Source of the DNA: an uncultured Desulfuromonadales bacterium
GTDB taxonomy: Bacteria; Desulfobacterota; Desulfuromonadia; Geobacterales; Pseudopelobacteraceae
Assembly: GCA_903868145.1 (NCBI GenBank)
Contig: CAIPTY010000036.1
Location: 9 to 64,008, forward strand
Direction: 5' to 3'
DNA: 64,000 bases
The first letter of the stretch is position 1; each line of letters opens with the position of its first letter. Below the pieces are notes generated by a model. It saw only the letters and a list, made by a program, of their open reading frames with translations, was not told the DNA's origin and made no database searches. This document shows, one piece after another, positions 27,439-38,348 of this stretch. Both the position numbers and the translations under genes were made by a program.

Positions 27439-30178
27439 GCCCTTACTGTTATTGCCACGCTCTGCACCGCTACCAAGAGAAACTTCGCGTAGAATACCGA
27501 GAAGCAAGTTGAGATTTCCTGCAAGAGCTGAACAGGGGAATAGACTTGGTGCTCAACTTTCAACTATGCTGGATGTATATGTATCCGATTCCCCTGCTGG
27601 CACGAGCACGGAAAATATTCTGGTCATGGAGACTATCGGCAGGCCTGATAATTTTCGGACTGCTGTTGCTGCCATACCCGATCTGAAATGGCTTGCGGAA
27701 ATCGATCTGGAAAACATAGAGGCTGATGCCCGTTTCTTTGAACGCCCCAAGATAGGGGCTTTTTTCTTTAAAGGTGTGTCAGAAGGGCTAGGTACCAGAG
27801 AATCACGTGAAATTGTTGCTGCCTTCACTGCGAGTAATATCATTGATGCAGAAGGTATCCTGCGGGATGATATCTCTGCCGAAGATATCCGTGCTGTAAT
27901 CCCACATGCATACCAAGATCATGCAGACACTATCTCTGAAGCTGTTGAATCAAAGAAGAATGTGCCACTTCCCGGACGAATGTACCTGAGCCTCAGTAAC
28001 CGTCAGGCTTTGAGAGATGTAAAGTCATTATTCGACGCATGGGAAAGGGATGGGCGCCTTGAGCGAGGTGCGGGCGCATGGAGTGATATTTTTGCCCAAC
28101 TTCGTACTGTTCGTTTCTGGAATGTTAAGGACAGGGTTACTGATACTGGAATTCTTGAATATTGGCGCGAGGAAGTTGAGTGCAAGAGGGGCACTTCATC
28201 TTTGATCGCCTTTGAAGTCGAGTTCTCATATGAAGAGAACGCACTAAGCAGACGTAGTCGGCAACAACACGTTGAAGAGCTAGTGGCAGCTGAAGATGGA
28301 AGAGTTATAGCTTCGTGTGATATGAAGGAAATCCATTTTCATGCGATCAAGGTTGAGTTGCCTATCGCTTGTATCGAGCGGGTACTAGGTGAAGATTACA
28401 GTGAGCTTTTTCAAGATGGAGGTATCCTCTTTTTTCGCCCCTCCCCCCAGTGTGCGGTTGAATCGTTCGCAGAAGGTACAGAAGAAGATCTTTCATCTTC
28501 AACAGTGCCGGACGCCGCTCCAGTTGTTGCTGTTCTTGACGGTCTTCCGTTTTCTAGGCACCAACTGCTTGACGGCTTTATCATTATCGATGATCCGGAC
28601 GACGTTGCCGCTGACTATCAACCTCGGGAGATGAATCATGGCACTGCCATGCTGTCACTTATCTGCCATGGTGAACTAGATGCCAAGGAATCACCTATCA
28701 CTCGGAAGATATATGTAAGACCGATTCTGCGACCGGATAAAGAGTCTCCCCAGGACAGACGTCCGGAGAAGATTCCAAAAAATGTTTTCTTTGAAGATTT
28801 GGTCGAAAGGGCCGTGCGCAAGATGTTCACTGGTGACTCCGGTGAAGCCCCTTCAGCTCCGACAGTGAAGATCATCAGCCTATCTGTTGCTGATCCGGAC
28901 CGAATGTTTCACCAGTTCCCTGGTCCGACTGCTAGACTGCTGGACTGGCTGTCCTTCAAATACAAGGTGCTTTTTTGTGTCAGTGCTGGAAATATTAAGG
29001 AATCAGTTAAATTAGGAGTCGAGCCGGATGAGTTTTCCGCTAGATCCAGTGATGAGCAAGTTTCTTCCGTCTTGTCGGTGTTGTATGAGAACAGGAGAAA
29101 CCGCAGAATACTAGCACCTTCAGAATCAATCAATTCTATAACCGTAGGTGCCCTGCATGATGACGCTTCGACTCCCGTTATTCTTGATGGTTGCCTTGAT
29201 ATTTTACCATCTTCGGATCTTCCCTCACCACTTTCCCCGTTCGGGCATGGATTCCGCTCCTCTATAAAACCCGAGATTCTTGTTCCCGGCGGCCGCCAAC
29301 TCTTTACTCACGTGGGTGCTGGAGAATACGCCCTTCACAGACTCCAGGCACGCTCGGGGCAAAAGGTCGCTTCAGTACCGGTAAGACTTGGTGATAGGAC
29401 GCGTACTGTCTACACATGCGGCACCAGCAATGCCAATGCACTCGCTGTGCGCGGTGCTGCTTTTATCCATGATGCTGTTTTGGACGTCCTTGAAAAGCAG
29501 GGGTTGGAAAGCTACGATAGTTCAATCGCCGCTTTGATCAAAGCTTTGCTGGTTCATAGTGCTTCTTGGGGTGAGGCTGCGGATATTATCGAAAATGTGC
29601 TTATGAGCGGGAAACACTCGACGGAAGTAAAAAAAGTGATTGCCCGTTGCCTTGGTTATGGTCGACCTGATTTTGCCAAGTCGATCGAGTGTTCAACAAC
29701 AAGGGCGACGGCTATCGGCTACGGCCTCATTGCTAAGGATAAGCGGCACGAGTACAGGTTACCTTTACCCCCGAGTCTAAGTGGATTGGATTGTTGGCGA
29801 AAATTGACCATTACACTAGCGTGGCTAACGCCCATAAGTGTTGATAATCGCAAGTATCGCAAGGCGGCTCTGGGGTTTGAGGCTACGGATGCTGCTACGG
29901 CTGTTGGAGGTAAGAGAGCAGAAGCTCAGCACCAGCAAGTAAGAAACGGAACCTTACAGCATGAAATTATTGAGGGTGCGGATGTGCGCGCATTTTATGA
30001 AGGTGAATGTCTGATGATCCCTGTCCAGTGCCGAGAAGATGCAGGGACATTAGACGTTGAAGTGCCATATGGTTTAGCGGTTTCTCTGGAGGTCAAGGAG
30101 GAAGTTGGAATTGATCTGTATGAGGAGATCCAGAACATGATTGAGGTTTCCGTTAGAGAAGCTGTCAGGGCTGGATAA
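27428..30178 (+). CDS. S8 (subtilisin-like) serine peptidase with a ~360-aa uncharacterised N-terminal region, IetS-like
   Basis: The catalytic triad motifs are VAVLDGLPF (Asp), NHGTAMLSL (His) and CGTSNANALAVRG (Ser). The ATG is at 27428; a TTG at 27425 is also possible. Confidence 0.85.
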   Translation: MPDRPLLLLPRSAPLPRETSRRIPRSKLRFPARAEQGNRLGAQLSTMLDVYVSDSPAGTSTENILVMETIGRPDNFRTAVAAIPDLKWLAEIDLENIEADARFFERPKIGAFFFKGVSEGLGTRESREIVAAFTASNIIDAEGILRDDISAEDIRAVIPHAYQDHADTISEAVESKKNVPLPGRMYLSLSNRQALRDVKSLFDAWERDGRLERGAGAWSDIFAQLRTVRFWNVKDRVTDTGILEYWREEVECKRGTSSLIAFEVEFSYEENALSRRSRQQHVEELVAAEDGRVIASCDMKEIHFHAIKVELPIACIERVLGEDYSELFQDGGILFFRPSPQCAVESFAEGTEEDLSSSTVPDAAPVVAVLDGLPFSRHQLLDGFIIIDDPDDVAADYQPREMNHGTAMLSLICHGELDAKESPITRKIYVRPILRPDKESPQDRRPEKIPKNVFFEDLVERAVRKMFTGDSGEAPSAPTVKIISLSVADPDRMFHQFPGPTARLLDWLSFKYKVLFCVSAGNIKESVKLGVEPDEFSARSSDEQVSSVLSVLYENRRNRRILAPSESINSITVGALHDDASTPVILDGCLDILPSSDLPSPLSPFGHGFRSSIKPEILVPGGRQLFTHVGAGEYALHRLQARSGQKVASVPVRLGDRTRTVYTCGTSNANALAVRGAAFIHDAVLDVLEKQGLESYDSSIAALIKALLVHSASWGEAADIIENVLMSGKHSTEVKKVIARCLGYGRPDFAKSIECSTTRATAIGYGLIAKDKRHEYRLPLPPSLSGLDCWRKLTITLAWLTPISVDNRKYRKAALGFEATDAATAVGGKRAEAQHQQVRNGTLQHEIIEGADVRAFYEGECLMIPVQCREDAGTLDVEVPYGLAVSLEVKEEVGIDLYEEIQNMIEVSVREAVRAG

Positions 30179-30186
30179 TAAATCCT

Positions 30187-30207
30187 GTACCCTAAAACGT
30201 ACCCTAA
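30187..30207. repeat. Two direct copies of GTACCCTAA just inside the right island end
   Basis: The copies are at 30187-30195 and 30199-30207. They share the sequence and orientation of the three copies at 17591-17621. Confidence 0.5.
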
Positions 30208-30321
30208 ATGACTTGACAACATGGGAAATATGGGCTACATAGAGTACAGATTTTTTAAGGGGAATTATGTAGTATCAGCAAGTTGCTGAAATTACAAAGC
30301 GCGCAGGGTATGAATTCAGAC

Positions 30322-30367
30322 GCTCATAACCCGAAGGTCATAGGTTCAAATCCTATCCCCGCAACCA
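30322..30367. repeat. attR: displaced 3' half of tRNA-fMet (not an intact tRNA)
   Basis: The sequence is GCTCATAACCCGAAGGTCATAGGTTCAAATCCTATCCCCGCAACCA. The upstream sequence (gcgcagggtatgaattcagac) cannot form the acceptor or D arms. The two differences from attL are a compensatory pair in the T-stem (G:C changed to T:A). Confidence 0.8.
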
Positions 30368-30377
30368 AAAAAATCTG

Positions 30378-30408
30378 GGACTTAGGCTTAATTGCTTAAG
30401 TCCTTTTT
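30378..30408 (+). terminator. Terminator-like hairpin after the displaced tRNA 3' end
   Basis: GGACTTAGGC-TTAATT-GCTTAAGTCC has one mismatch in the stem and is followed by TTTTT. It resembles the terminator at 17541-17571. Confidence 0.5.
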
Positions 30409-30624
30409 CTGTATCTGGCTGTTTAGCTATTAAATGCAGAACCGAATGAATACGTAGCGCATCCGGTGACAGTGCTGGCAATGGCAACGATGACCGGATC
30501 CGCTTCGCCTGCTCCTGCCTACAAAAATTATGTGCCAAGTCAGTGCATATACCCTTGCCCGTCAGGGGTTTAAATGGTAATTTATCTCCAGATTGTACGT
30601 GAACTATGGAGGTTCTTGGTGAGC

Positions 30625-31803
30625 ATGCTTCGTTATCTGACCGCAGGGGAATCCCACGGCCCGCAACTGACAGCCATAATCGAAGGACTGCCGGCAGGCG
30701 TTCCGGTCGTTGTCGCCGGTATCAATCGCGAACTTTCCCGCAGACAGCAGGGGTATGGCCGCGGTGGCCGGATGAAAATTGAAACCGACACGGCGGAAAT
30801 ACTGTCCGGGGTCCGCTGGGGAGAAACTCTGGGGTCGCCGCTGACGCTGACAGTAAAAAACCGCGACTGGGAGAACTGGAGTGAAAAGATGTCACCCCTG
30901 CCCGGGTTCAGGGACGATTCCGGTGCCGTCACGCGGCCGCGTCCCGGTCATGCCGATTTGGCCGGCGCCCTGAAATACGGCCAGCGTGATGTCAGGAACA
31001 TACTGGAACGTTCCAGTGCGCGCGAGACTGCCATGCGTGTTGCCGTTGGCGCCGTGGCGCGCTGTCTGCTTGGAGAGTTCGGCATTCATATCGGCGGCTA
31101 CGTCACAGGGATAGGCGGTATTACAGCCAAGGCATCCGGTCTGCCCTTTGAAAAACTCTGGCAGGCCGCCGCGGGTTCAGAACTTTTTTGCTGTGACCCC
31201 TTGTATGATGATGCCATGAAACAGGCAATCGACACTGCCAGGGCGGATGGTGATACCCTGGGCGGTATATTTGAGGTTCAGGTGCTGGGGTGTCCCCCGG
31301 GTCTCGGAAGCTGCGTCCATTGGGATCGCAAGCTCGATGCACGACTGGCCATGGCACTGATGAGCATCCAGGCCATCAAGGGGGTGGAGGTCGGTTTGGG
31401 TTTCGATGTGGCGAATCGCCCCGGTTCGCTGGTTCACGACGAGATCGAGTACGGCTCAGGCAATGATTGCAGCTCGACGAAAACGTACCATCGCATTACC
31501 AATAATGCGGGCGGGATCGAGGGGGGCATGTCAAACGGGGAACCGATCGTGGTGCGCGCAGCCATGAAGCCGATCCCCACCCTGTACAAACCGCTTCGAT
31601 CGGTTGACATCAAAACCCATGAACCCTTTGAGGCAACGGTGGAACGCTCCGATGCGTGCGCGGTACCCGCAGCTCTGGTGGTGGCAGAGGCGGTTGTTGC
31701 AATTGAGATTGCAACCGCTTTCCTGGAAAAGTTTGGCGGTGACTCACTGGTTGAGATCAGACGCAACTATGACGGTTACCTGCAGCAGGTGTTAAATGCC
31801 TGA
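30625..31803 (+). CDS. aroC: Chorismate synthase
   Basis: It begins [15 protein letters not shown] and contains GRSSARETA-type motifs ([12 protein letters not shown]). The ATG at 30625 follows GGAGG; a GTG at 30619 is also possible. Confidence 0.95.
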   Translation: MLRYLTAGESHGPQLTAIIEGLPAGVPVVVAGINRELSRRQQGYGRGGRMKIETDTAEILSGVRWGETLGSPLTLTVKNRDWENWSEKMSPLPGFRDDSGAVTRPRPGHADLAGALKYGQRDVRNILERSSARETAMRVAVGAVARCLLGEFGIHIGGYVTGIGGITAKASGLPFEKLWQAAAGSELFCCDPLYDDAMKQAIDTARADGDTLGGIFEVQVLGCPPGLGSCVHWDRKLDARLAMALMSIQAIKGVEVGLGFDVANRPGSLVHDEIEYGSGNDCSSTKTYHRITNNAGGIEGGMSNGEPIVVRAAMKPIPTLYKPLRSVDIKTHEPFEATVERSDACAVPAALVVAEAVVAIEIATAFLEKFGGDSLVEIRRNYDGYLQQVLNA

Positions 31804-32314
31804 AAAGCCCCTGATTCTGACAGGTTTCATGGGGAGCGGAAAAAGCAGCGTCGGACGGGTTCTCGCACAAAAACTCTCATGCCCGTTTATCGATCTGGAT
31901 GCGGAGATTGTCTCCGCAGCGGGACGCTCCATCAATGAGATATTCGCCCAGGCCGGTGAAGTGGGCTTCCGGGCGATGGAACGGGAATGTCTCGGGCACA
32001 TCCTTCAGGGCGGTATGGCTGTGATTGCAACGGGTGGTGGCGCCGTTATTGACGATCGAAACCGCAGGGTTATGCGCAGCAACGGAACCGTTGTACATCT
32101 GTTTGTATCTCTACCCCAGGTTCTGGCCAGGCTGCTGGGAACTTCCGACAGGCCGCTGCTTGCAGGTGGAGACGCTACCAACAGGGTAAAATCACTGATG
32201 GATGAACGTGAACATTTTTATGCAGACGCCGATATTAGAATTGACACGAATGATAAATCCGTGGAAGATGTTTCCGCGGAAATACTGAGGTTTGTGCGGG
32301 GATTGTCGGTGTGA
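31796..32314 (+). CDS. aroK: Shikimate kinase
   Basis: The P-loop is [13 protein letters not shown]. It overlaps the aroC stop. Confidence 0.9.
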   Translation: MPEKPLILTGFMGSGKSSVGRVLAQKLSCPFIDLDAEIVSAAGRSINEIFAQAGEVGFRAMERECLGHILQGGMAVIATGGGAVIDDRNRRVMRSNGTVVHLFVSLPQVLARLLGTSDRPLLAGGDATNRVKSLMDEREHFYADADIRIDTNDKSVEDVSAEILRFVRGLSV

Positions 32315-33390
32315 GTGTTCTGACGGTGCATCTTGCTGATAACAGCTATGATATTCATATCGGCGCAGATTCGCTGGACACACTCGGAAGGCTGTGCGAG
32401 CAGATCGGCCTGACGTCACGGGCTGCGGTGGTAACAAACCCGACTGTCAACCGCCTGTATGGCTCCACCGTCCGAACATCGCTTGAGAATTCAGGTTTCA
32501 CCGTTTCAGTGATCGAGATACCCGACGGCGAAGAGCATAAAAACGCTGCAACGCTGTCAGCTGTGTACGACGCCCTGATCGAAGCCGGGTTGGACAGGAA
32601 ATCCTTTATTGTCGCGCTTGGCGGCGGTGTTGTCGGTGATCTGGCCGGTTTTGCCGCAGCGACTTATCTGCGCGGCATACCTTTCGTGCAGGTTCCAACG
32701 ACCTTGCTGGCCCAGGTTGACAGCAGTGTCGGGGGCAAAACCGCCATCGACCATCCCCGGGGCAAGAATCTGATCGGCGCATTCTATCAGCCGCGTCTTG
32801 TACTGATTGATGTGGTGACACTTTCCACGCTGCCTGAACGTGAGTACCGCGCCGGTATGGCAGAGGTCATCAAATATGGTGTGGCTCTGGATCTGGCATT
32901 TTTCGAGTGGCTTGAGGAGCAGACAGCCAACATCACCCTGCTTGAGCAGGAATGTCTGCAGACCCTGATACGCCGCTGCTGCGAGATCAAGGCGCGGGTG
33001 GTCGAACAGGACGAAAAAGAATCAGGCCTGCGGGCCGTTCTTAATTATGGTCATACCTTTGGCCATGCTTTTGAAACCCTGGCAGGATATCAGCAATTGG
33101 TGCACGGTGAAGCGGTTGCCGTCGGCATGGCGGTTTCTGCGCGGATTTCGTGTATGCTGGGTCACTGTGGCGTTGCGGAAAAAGAGCGGATTACGGCACT
33201 TATATCCTCCTTCAGGCTGGAAACGGCTGCACCGCATGCCGAACGGGAAAAGCTGGCCGCAGCCTTGGCTCTGGACAAGAAGAGCTGTAACGATACGGTT
33301 GGATTTATCTGCAATATGGGAATTGGCAATTATGCAGTCGAACAGCTTGTGCCTGAAAAACTGCTTGCCCTAAGCGGGCTGGAGGTGTAA
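32311..33390 (+). CDS. aroB: 3-dehydroquinate synthase
   Basis: It shows GGGVVGDLAGFAAATYLRGIPFVQVPTTLLAQVDSSVGGKT and HGEAVAVGM. Confidence 0.9.
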   Translation: MSVLTVHLADNSYDIHIGADSLDTLGRLCEQIGLTSRAAVVTNPTVNRLYGSTVRTSLENSGFTVSVIEIPDGEEHKNAATLSAVYDALIEAGLDRKSFIVALGGGVVGDLAGFAAATYLRGIPFVQVPTTLLAQVDSSVGGKTAIDHPRGKNLIGAFYQPRLVLIDVVTLSTLPEREYRAGMAEVIKYGVALDLAFFEWLEEQTANITLLEQECLQTLIRRCCEIKARVVEQDEKESGLRAVLNYGHTFGHAFETLAGYQQLVHGEAVAVGMAVSARISCMLGHCGVAEKERITALISSFRLETAAPHAEREKLAAALALDKKSCNDTVGFICNMGIGNYAVEQLVPEKLLALSGLEV

Positions 33391-33392
33391 TC

Positions 33393-34502
33393 GTGCAGAA
33401 GAATGAAGCTTCGTTCTGGTCCGACATACAAACGCTCGACGAACGCCTGAAACAGGATCCCGACTCGTACTGTTTTGCCCGGCTGTCCGAGGTCTACCTC
33501 AAGGTGGGATTAACAACAGATGCCCTTCATACAGCCCGCAAGGGTGTAGCCAGGCATCCGGGCTATCTTGCCGGTCAGCGTGCTCTGGCAATGGCCTGCC
33601 ACGCCAACGGACTCTCCGACGAATGTCAGGGCGCACTTGAGCAGGTTACGTCTGCCATGCCCGAAGATGTCGATGCACTGAAGATACTGGCTCACATATA
33701 CGCGGAAAAGGGAGAAAACAGGGCTGCCATCCGGGCCTATCGGACCCTGTTGGAATTCCGGCCGGAGGATCTGGAAAGCGCAACCCGCCTGGGGACTCTT
33801 CAGGGTTTACCGGAAAATGACTCCCGCGGTTCCGCCTGCGATGATCACGACGTCACAGCCTTTGAAGCAAACGATGATTATGGATATGCTGAAGAGAAAC
33901 GGTTCGACGAAGATGATATTTATGAGCTGAACGAGTCGGATATATTTTATGACGAGCCGTCTGCAGAGGCGCCATGCTCATCTGAACCGGAAATTCAGCC
34001 GCCGACATCCGAACATCACGACCCGCTCTCAACGGTAACCCTCGCGGAACTCTACGTCCAACAGGGATTTTATTCAAAAGCTCTTGATATCTATCGATCG
34101 ATTCTTACGGATGATCCGGCCAATGAACAGATCCGGGCAAAAGTCACCCAGCTTGAAGCACAGGACGCACCGGAAAAATTCCGGGATGAAGAGGATTTGA
34201 CATCCGCATCCGACGAGTACGAGCCTGAGCCGGAACAATTTTTCACCACGGCGTTTGATGAGGAAATCCCGCCATCCGGACCTGCGGTATCGGAGTTCGT
34301 ACAGGAAACCGCACCGATTGCGGATATATTTCCTGAGCAACCTGAGCGTCCGGCAGAAATTCCGGCTTTTTTTGTGCCGCTTCCCGCGCCTGTAGAGACG
34401 GCCGCACCCTTTGCCGCACTTCAAAATCAGAGGGCCGACAACAGAGTGACCACCCTGGAAAATTGGCTGGAAAACATCAGGAGGATCAAGGCATGTCGCT
34501 GA
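33393..34502 (+). CDS. TPR-repeat protein with an acidic low-complexity centre
   Basis: TPR-like helices are present at both ends (for example LAELYVQQGFYSKALDIYRSIL). The middle is rich in Asp, Glu and Pro. Confidence 0.7.
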   Translation: MQKNEASFWSDIQTLDERLKQDPDSYCFARLSEVYLKVGLTTDALHTARKGVARHPGYLAGQRALAMACHANGLSDECQGALEQVTSAMPEDVDALKILAHIYAEKGENRAAIRAYRTLLEFRPEDLESATRLGTLQGLPENDSRGSACDDHDVTAFEANDDYGYAEEKRFDEDDIYELNESDIFYDEPSAEAPCSSEPEIQPPTSEHHDPLSTVTLAELYVQQGFYSKALDIYRSILTDDPANEQIRAKVTQLEAQDAPEKFRDEEDLTSASDEYEPEPEQFFTTAFDEEIPPSGPAVSEFVQETAPIADIFPEQPERPAEIPAFFVPLPAPVETAAPFAALQNQRADNRVTTLENWLENIRRIKACR

Positions 34503-34855
34503 GAGATACGCTTAAAAGCATCGTTGAGAATGTAGATGGTGGTCTGGCGGCAATGATCATGGCATATGACGGCATTCCGGTGGATGAGGTCTGTCTGGAG
34601 CAATCAGAGTTCGACATGCAGCTTCTGTCCGTCGAATACGCCACCGTACTCAAGGAGATCCGACGCACCATCGAGGTTATAAAGGCCGGGGAGATGGAAG
34701 AGGTATCCATTACAACCAGTCGTACCTGCGTTGCAATCCGCGTCCTGAACGACGAGCTGTTTGTGGTGCTTATCATGAAGCGCGACGGCAATTTCGGCAA
34801 AGGACGTTACCTCTTGCGCCTGCATTCGTTTGAAATGGCACAGACGCTGGCATAG
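34493..34855 (+). CDS. Roadblock/LC7 (MglB-like) domain protein
   Basis: The ATG at 34493 follows AGGAGG. The sequence [32 protein letters not shown] fits the Robl_LC7 pattern. Confidence 0.65.
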   Translation: MSLRDTLKSIVENVDGGLAAMIMAYDGIPVDEVCLEQSEFDMQLLSVEYATVLKEIRRTIEVIKAGEMEEVSITTSRTCVAIRVLNDELFVVLIMKRDGNFGKGRYLLRLHSFEMAQTLA

Positions 34856-34863
34856 GTGTGATT

Positions 34864-35295
34864 ATGAAGTTTATCGTCCTGCATGGCCCCAACCTCAACC
34901 TTCTCGGGCGTCGCGAACCGGATGTGTACGACACGCTGACACTTGAAGAGATCAATGATTCAATTGCACAGCTGGCGGATGAACTGGGCTGCTCGGTGAC
35001 ATTTCTTCAGACAAACGCCGAAGGTGGACTGATAGATGCGATACAGGCCACTCCCGGTGTTTATGATGGAATTATCATCAATCCGGCGGCCTACACCCAC
35101 ACCAGCATTGCAATACGGGATGCCCTGGCCTCCGCAGGTGTGCCGTTTGTAGAGGTTCACCTTTCAAACATCCACCGACGTGAGGCATTCCGTCACATCA
35201 GCATGACTGCACCACTGGCTGTCGGCCAGATCTGCGGATTTGGCAGAGACAGTTACCTGCTTGGACTTCGCGCACTTTTCAGCCATCTTGACTGA
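34864..35295 (+). CDS. aroQ: Type II 3-dehydroquinate dehydratase
   Basis: It begins [19 protein letters not shown] and contains [12 protein letters not shown] and HLSNIHRRE. Confidence 0.9.
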   Translation: MKFIVLHGPNLNLLGRREPDVYDTLTLEEINDSIAQLADELGCSVTFLQTNAEGGLIDAIQATPGVYDGIIINPAAYTHTSIAIRDALASAGVPFVEVHLSNIHRREAFRHISMTAPLAVGQICGFGRDSYLLGLRALFSHLD

Positions 35296-35386
35296 TCCCA
35301 CATTGGGGCTGTGTTGCCTCATCCCGGAGCAATTGCCTGGATAGGACTGTACGGCATAAAAACTGTTTGTAGAGTTGGTTTCTTGT

Positions 35387-36454
35387 ATGCTAAAAAACAG
35401 GCGAACGCGGCTGGAACCGTTCTTTGAAGATCATGCCCTTGAAGGGATTCTGTTCACAGACCTCAAGAATATCCGCTACCTGAGCGCTTTCACCGGTTCT
35501 GACGGCGCCCTCCTGTTGACTCGTGACACGGCCTGGTTTCTCTGCGATTCCCGGTATATCACTCAGGCGAGGGATGAGGTTGTCGCTGATGAGATCATCG
35601 AATACCAGGTGAAATTTGAAGCCATCTGCTCGCTGATCCGTGACAGAAATATCAGGCGGCTCGGTTTTGAGGCCTCCCATACCGTGGTTTCTGATTTCAG
35701 AAAGATGACGGAGCGCCTGACCGAATGCGATCTGGTGGGGATTGGCACCTCTCTCGATTCCATACGCTCCTGCAAGGATGGGGATGAAATTGCTCTTTTG
35801 GGTGAGATTGCACAACTCGCCTCAGCGTCCCTTATGACGACCCTCGCGATTCTCAAGCCGGGAATCAGGGAGTCCGACATCGCATTGGAACTGGAAATCG
35901 AGATGCGACGACGGGGAGCAGATGCGCGTGCTTTCGACTTTATCGTTGCATCGGGAGATAGGGGGGCGCTGCCTCACGGTCGCGCCACCGACAGGGTGAT
36001 ACGTCCAGGCGATATGGTGACAATTGATTTTGGCGCCGTCATGCACGGGTACCATTCGGATGAAACGGTTACCGTGGCAACAGGAAGCCCGGATGCCCGT
36101 TGCTGTGAGATTCATTCCATCGTCAGGGAAGCGCACGACCGGGCCATTGCTGCTGTCCGCCCCGGCATAAGCTGCCGGGAACTCGATGCGGTTGCCAGAG
36201 ATTACATCAGGCTCCAGGGTTATGAAGAATATTTCGGTCATGGCCTGGGACACGGCGTCGGTCTTGACATCCACGAAAAACCGGTCATTTCCCCGCGCAG
36301 TGACTCTGTTGTTGAAGAGGGAATGGTCTTTACCATTGAACCCGGTGTCTACATACCCGGATTCGGCGGTGTGCGGATTGAGGACACGGTTGCAGTAACG
36401 TCGGATGGCTGCTCGATTCTGACCGCGGCCCCGAAAGAATTTATGCTGCTGTAG
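35387..36454 (+). CDS. M24-family Xaa-Pro aminopeptidase/dipeptidase
   Basis: It has a creatinase-like N-domain. The metal ligands lie in [27 protein letters not shown] and VRIEDT. The start is uncertain (35375 or 35387). Confidence 0.85.
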   Translation: MLKNRRTRLEPFFEDHALEGILFTDLKNIRYLSAFTGSDGALLLTRDTAWFLCDSRYITQARDEVVADEIIEYQVKFEAICSLIRDRNIRRLGFEASHTVVSDFRKMTERLTECDLVGIGTSLDSIRSCKDGDEIALLGEIAQLASASLMTTLAILKPGIRESDIALELEIEMRRRGADARAFDFIVASGDRGALPHGRATDRVIRPGDMVTIDFGAVMHGYHSDETVTVATGSPDARCCEIHSIVREAHDRAIAAVRPGISCRELDAVARDYIRLQGYEEYFGHGLGHGVGLDIHEKPVISPRSDSVVEEGMVFTIEPGVYIPGFGGVRIEDTVAVTSDGCSILTAAPKEFMLL

Positions 36455-36528
36455 CTCTCAATAAAATCACTTCTGGACCAGGCAGCACTGTCATCATGAC
36501 CAACATTTGTATTCAAAGGAGAAACGGG

Positions 36529-37002
36529 ATGGACATCAAGGACCTGAAACTGCTGATAAGAATGATCACGGAAACCGATATTACTGAATTCGAGCTGGAT
36601 AATGCGGAAGAAAAAATCGTGATCCGCCGCGGTCCGAAGACTGAATACATCAATGTCGCAGCGCCGCCGCATCCCGTTTTTGCAGCACCTCACCATGCAC
36701 CTGCGCCGCTGTCACCGGTCGCATCCCATGCCGCCACTTCAGCAACACCGGCCAACGAACCGGGTGACACGGTAAATTCCCCGATTGTCGGAACCTTCTA
36801 CCGCTCTCCGGCCCCCGACGCCGCTCCATATATCGAGGTAGGCCAGGTGGTCGAGAAGGGTCAGGTTCTGTGCATTGTGGAGGCAATGAAGCTTATGAAC
36901 GAAATTGAGGCGGAATATCGCTGTAAAGTTTTAAAAATCTGCAAGGATAACGCCCAGGCAGTAGAATTTGGCGACCCGCTGTTTGTTGTTGAAAGGGTGT
37001 AG
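36529..37002 (+). CDS. accB: Acetyl-CoA carboxylase biotin carboxyl carrier protein
   Basis: The biotinylation motif is [23 protein letters not shown] precedes ATG 36529. Confidence 0.9.
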   Translation: MDIKDLKLLIRMITETDITEFELDNAEEKIVIRRGPKTEYINVAAPPHPVFAAPHHAPAPLSPVASHAATSATPANEPGDTVNSPIVGTFYRSPAPDAAPYIEVGQVVEKGQVLCIVEAMKLMNEIEAEYRCKVLKICKDNAQAVEFGDPLFVVERV

Positions 37003-37003
37003 C

Positions 37004-38344
37004 ATGTTCCATAAAATTCTTATCGCAAACCGGGGCGAGATTGCCATCCGCATTATTCGCGCCTGCAAAGAAATGGGCATCAAGACTGTTGCAGTCTATT
37101 CTCAGGCCGACAGTCACTCTCTGCACGTAAAACTCGCGGACGAAAGCGTCTGCATCGGTCCGGCGTCCAGTGCCTTGAGCTACCTCAATATGAATTCGAT
37201 CATCAGCGCCGCCGAGGTAACTGACGCCGATGCCATCCATCCCGGCTACGGATTCCTGTCGGAGAATGCCAAATTTGCCGAAATATGCGAGCAGTGCGGG
37301 ATTGTCTTCATCGGCCCCACTGCCGAGAGCATGCGGGTTATGGGTGACAAAATCTCTGCCCGGCAGGCCGTTATCGAGCAGGGTGTTCCGATTCTGCCCG
37401 GCACAAAGGAAAGCGTAACCTCGGTGGAGGAGGCGGTCAGGATTGCGAAAGAGATCGGCTTTCCGGTGATCATCAAAGCCACTGCCGGCGGCGGAGGCAG
37501 GGGCATGAAGATTGTCCACTCCCAGGCTGCGCTGCCGAATGCCTTTGCGACAGCTCGGGCAGAAGCCCAGGCCGGTTTCGGCAATCCCGAAGTTTACATC
37601 GAAAAATACTGTGTCGAACCTCGTCACGTCGAGATACAGATTCTGGCCGACAAGCATGGTAACGTGATTCATCTGGGAGAGCGTGATTGTTCGATACAGC
37701 GCCGCCACCAGAAGCTGATCGAAGAAGCACCCTGTCCGGTGCTCTTGCCTGAGACCCGGGCAGCCATGGGAGCAGCGGCCGTGAAGGCGGCAAAGGCGGT
37801 CAACTACTGCAGCGTCGGTACGGTTGAATTTCTGCTTGATAAAAGCGGCAAGTTTTTTTTCATGGAAATGAATACCCGCATACAGGTTGAACACCCGGTT
37901 ACCGAAATGATTACCGGTGTCGATCTGATTCGTGAGCAGATTCGCTCCGCTGCCGGCTTGCCTCTGCGCTACACCCAGGATGACATACAGATACGCGGAC
38001 ATGCCATCGAGTGCCGCATCAACGCGGAAGATCCCTTCAAGTTCACCCCTTGTCCGGGTAAAATCACCGCATATCATCAACCCGGCGGTCTGGGTGTCAG
38101 GGTTGACTCCTTCGTCTACGACCAGTATTCCGTCGTGCCCCACTACGACTCCATGATCGGCAAGCTCATTGTCCACGCCGATACCAGGGAGGATGCCATC
38201 AAACGAATGGCACGCGCGCTGGACGAGTACATTATTGAAGGGATCAAGACTACCATTTTTTTCCACAAACGTATCATGGCTCATAAGGATTTTATTGACG
38301 GAAACGTAGATACCTCTTTTCTTGAAAAGATCGTCTTGGAGTAA
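37004..38344 (+). CDS. accC: Acetyl-CoA carboxylase biotin carboxylase subunit
   Basis: It begins [21 protein letters not shown] and contains GGGGRGM and [14 protein letters not shown]. Confidence 0.95.
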   Translation: MFHKILIANRGEIAIRIIRACKEMGIKTVAVYSQADSHSLHVKLADESVCIGPASSALSYLNMNSIISAAEVTDADAIHPGYGFLSENAKFAEICEQCGIVFIGPTAESMRVMGDKISARQAVIEQGVPILPGTKESVTSVEEAVRIAKEIGFPVIIKATAGGGGRGMKIVHSQAALPNAFATARAEAQAGFGNPEVYIEKYCVEPRHVEIQILADKHGNVIHLGERDCSIQRRHQKLIEEAPCPVLLPETRAAMGAAAVKAAKAVNYCSVGTVEFLLDKSGKFFFMEMNTRIQVEHPVTEMITGVDLIREQIRSAAGLPLRYTQDDIQIRGHAIECRINAEDPFKFTPCPGKITAYHQPGGLGVRVDSFVYDQYSVVPHYDSMIGKLIVHADTREDAIKRMARALDEYIIEGIKTTIFFHKRIMAHKDFIDGNVDTSFLEKIVLE

Positions 38345-38348
38345 TGAC

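Noticed and set aside
30301-30367. A possible second tRNA-Met gene.
   Set aside because: Only the anticodon-loop-to-CCA part is present. The preceding sequence cannot form the acceptor or D stems. I interpret it as attR.
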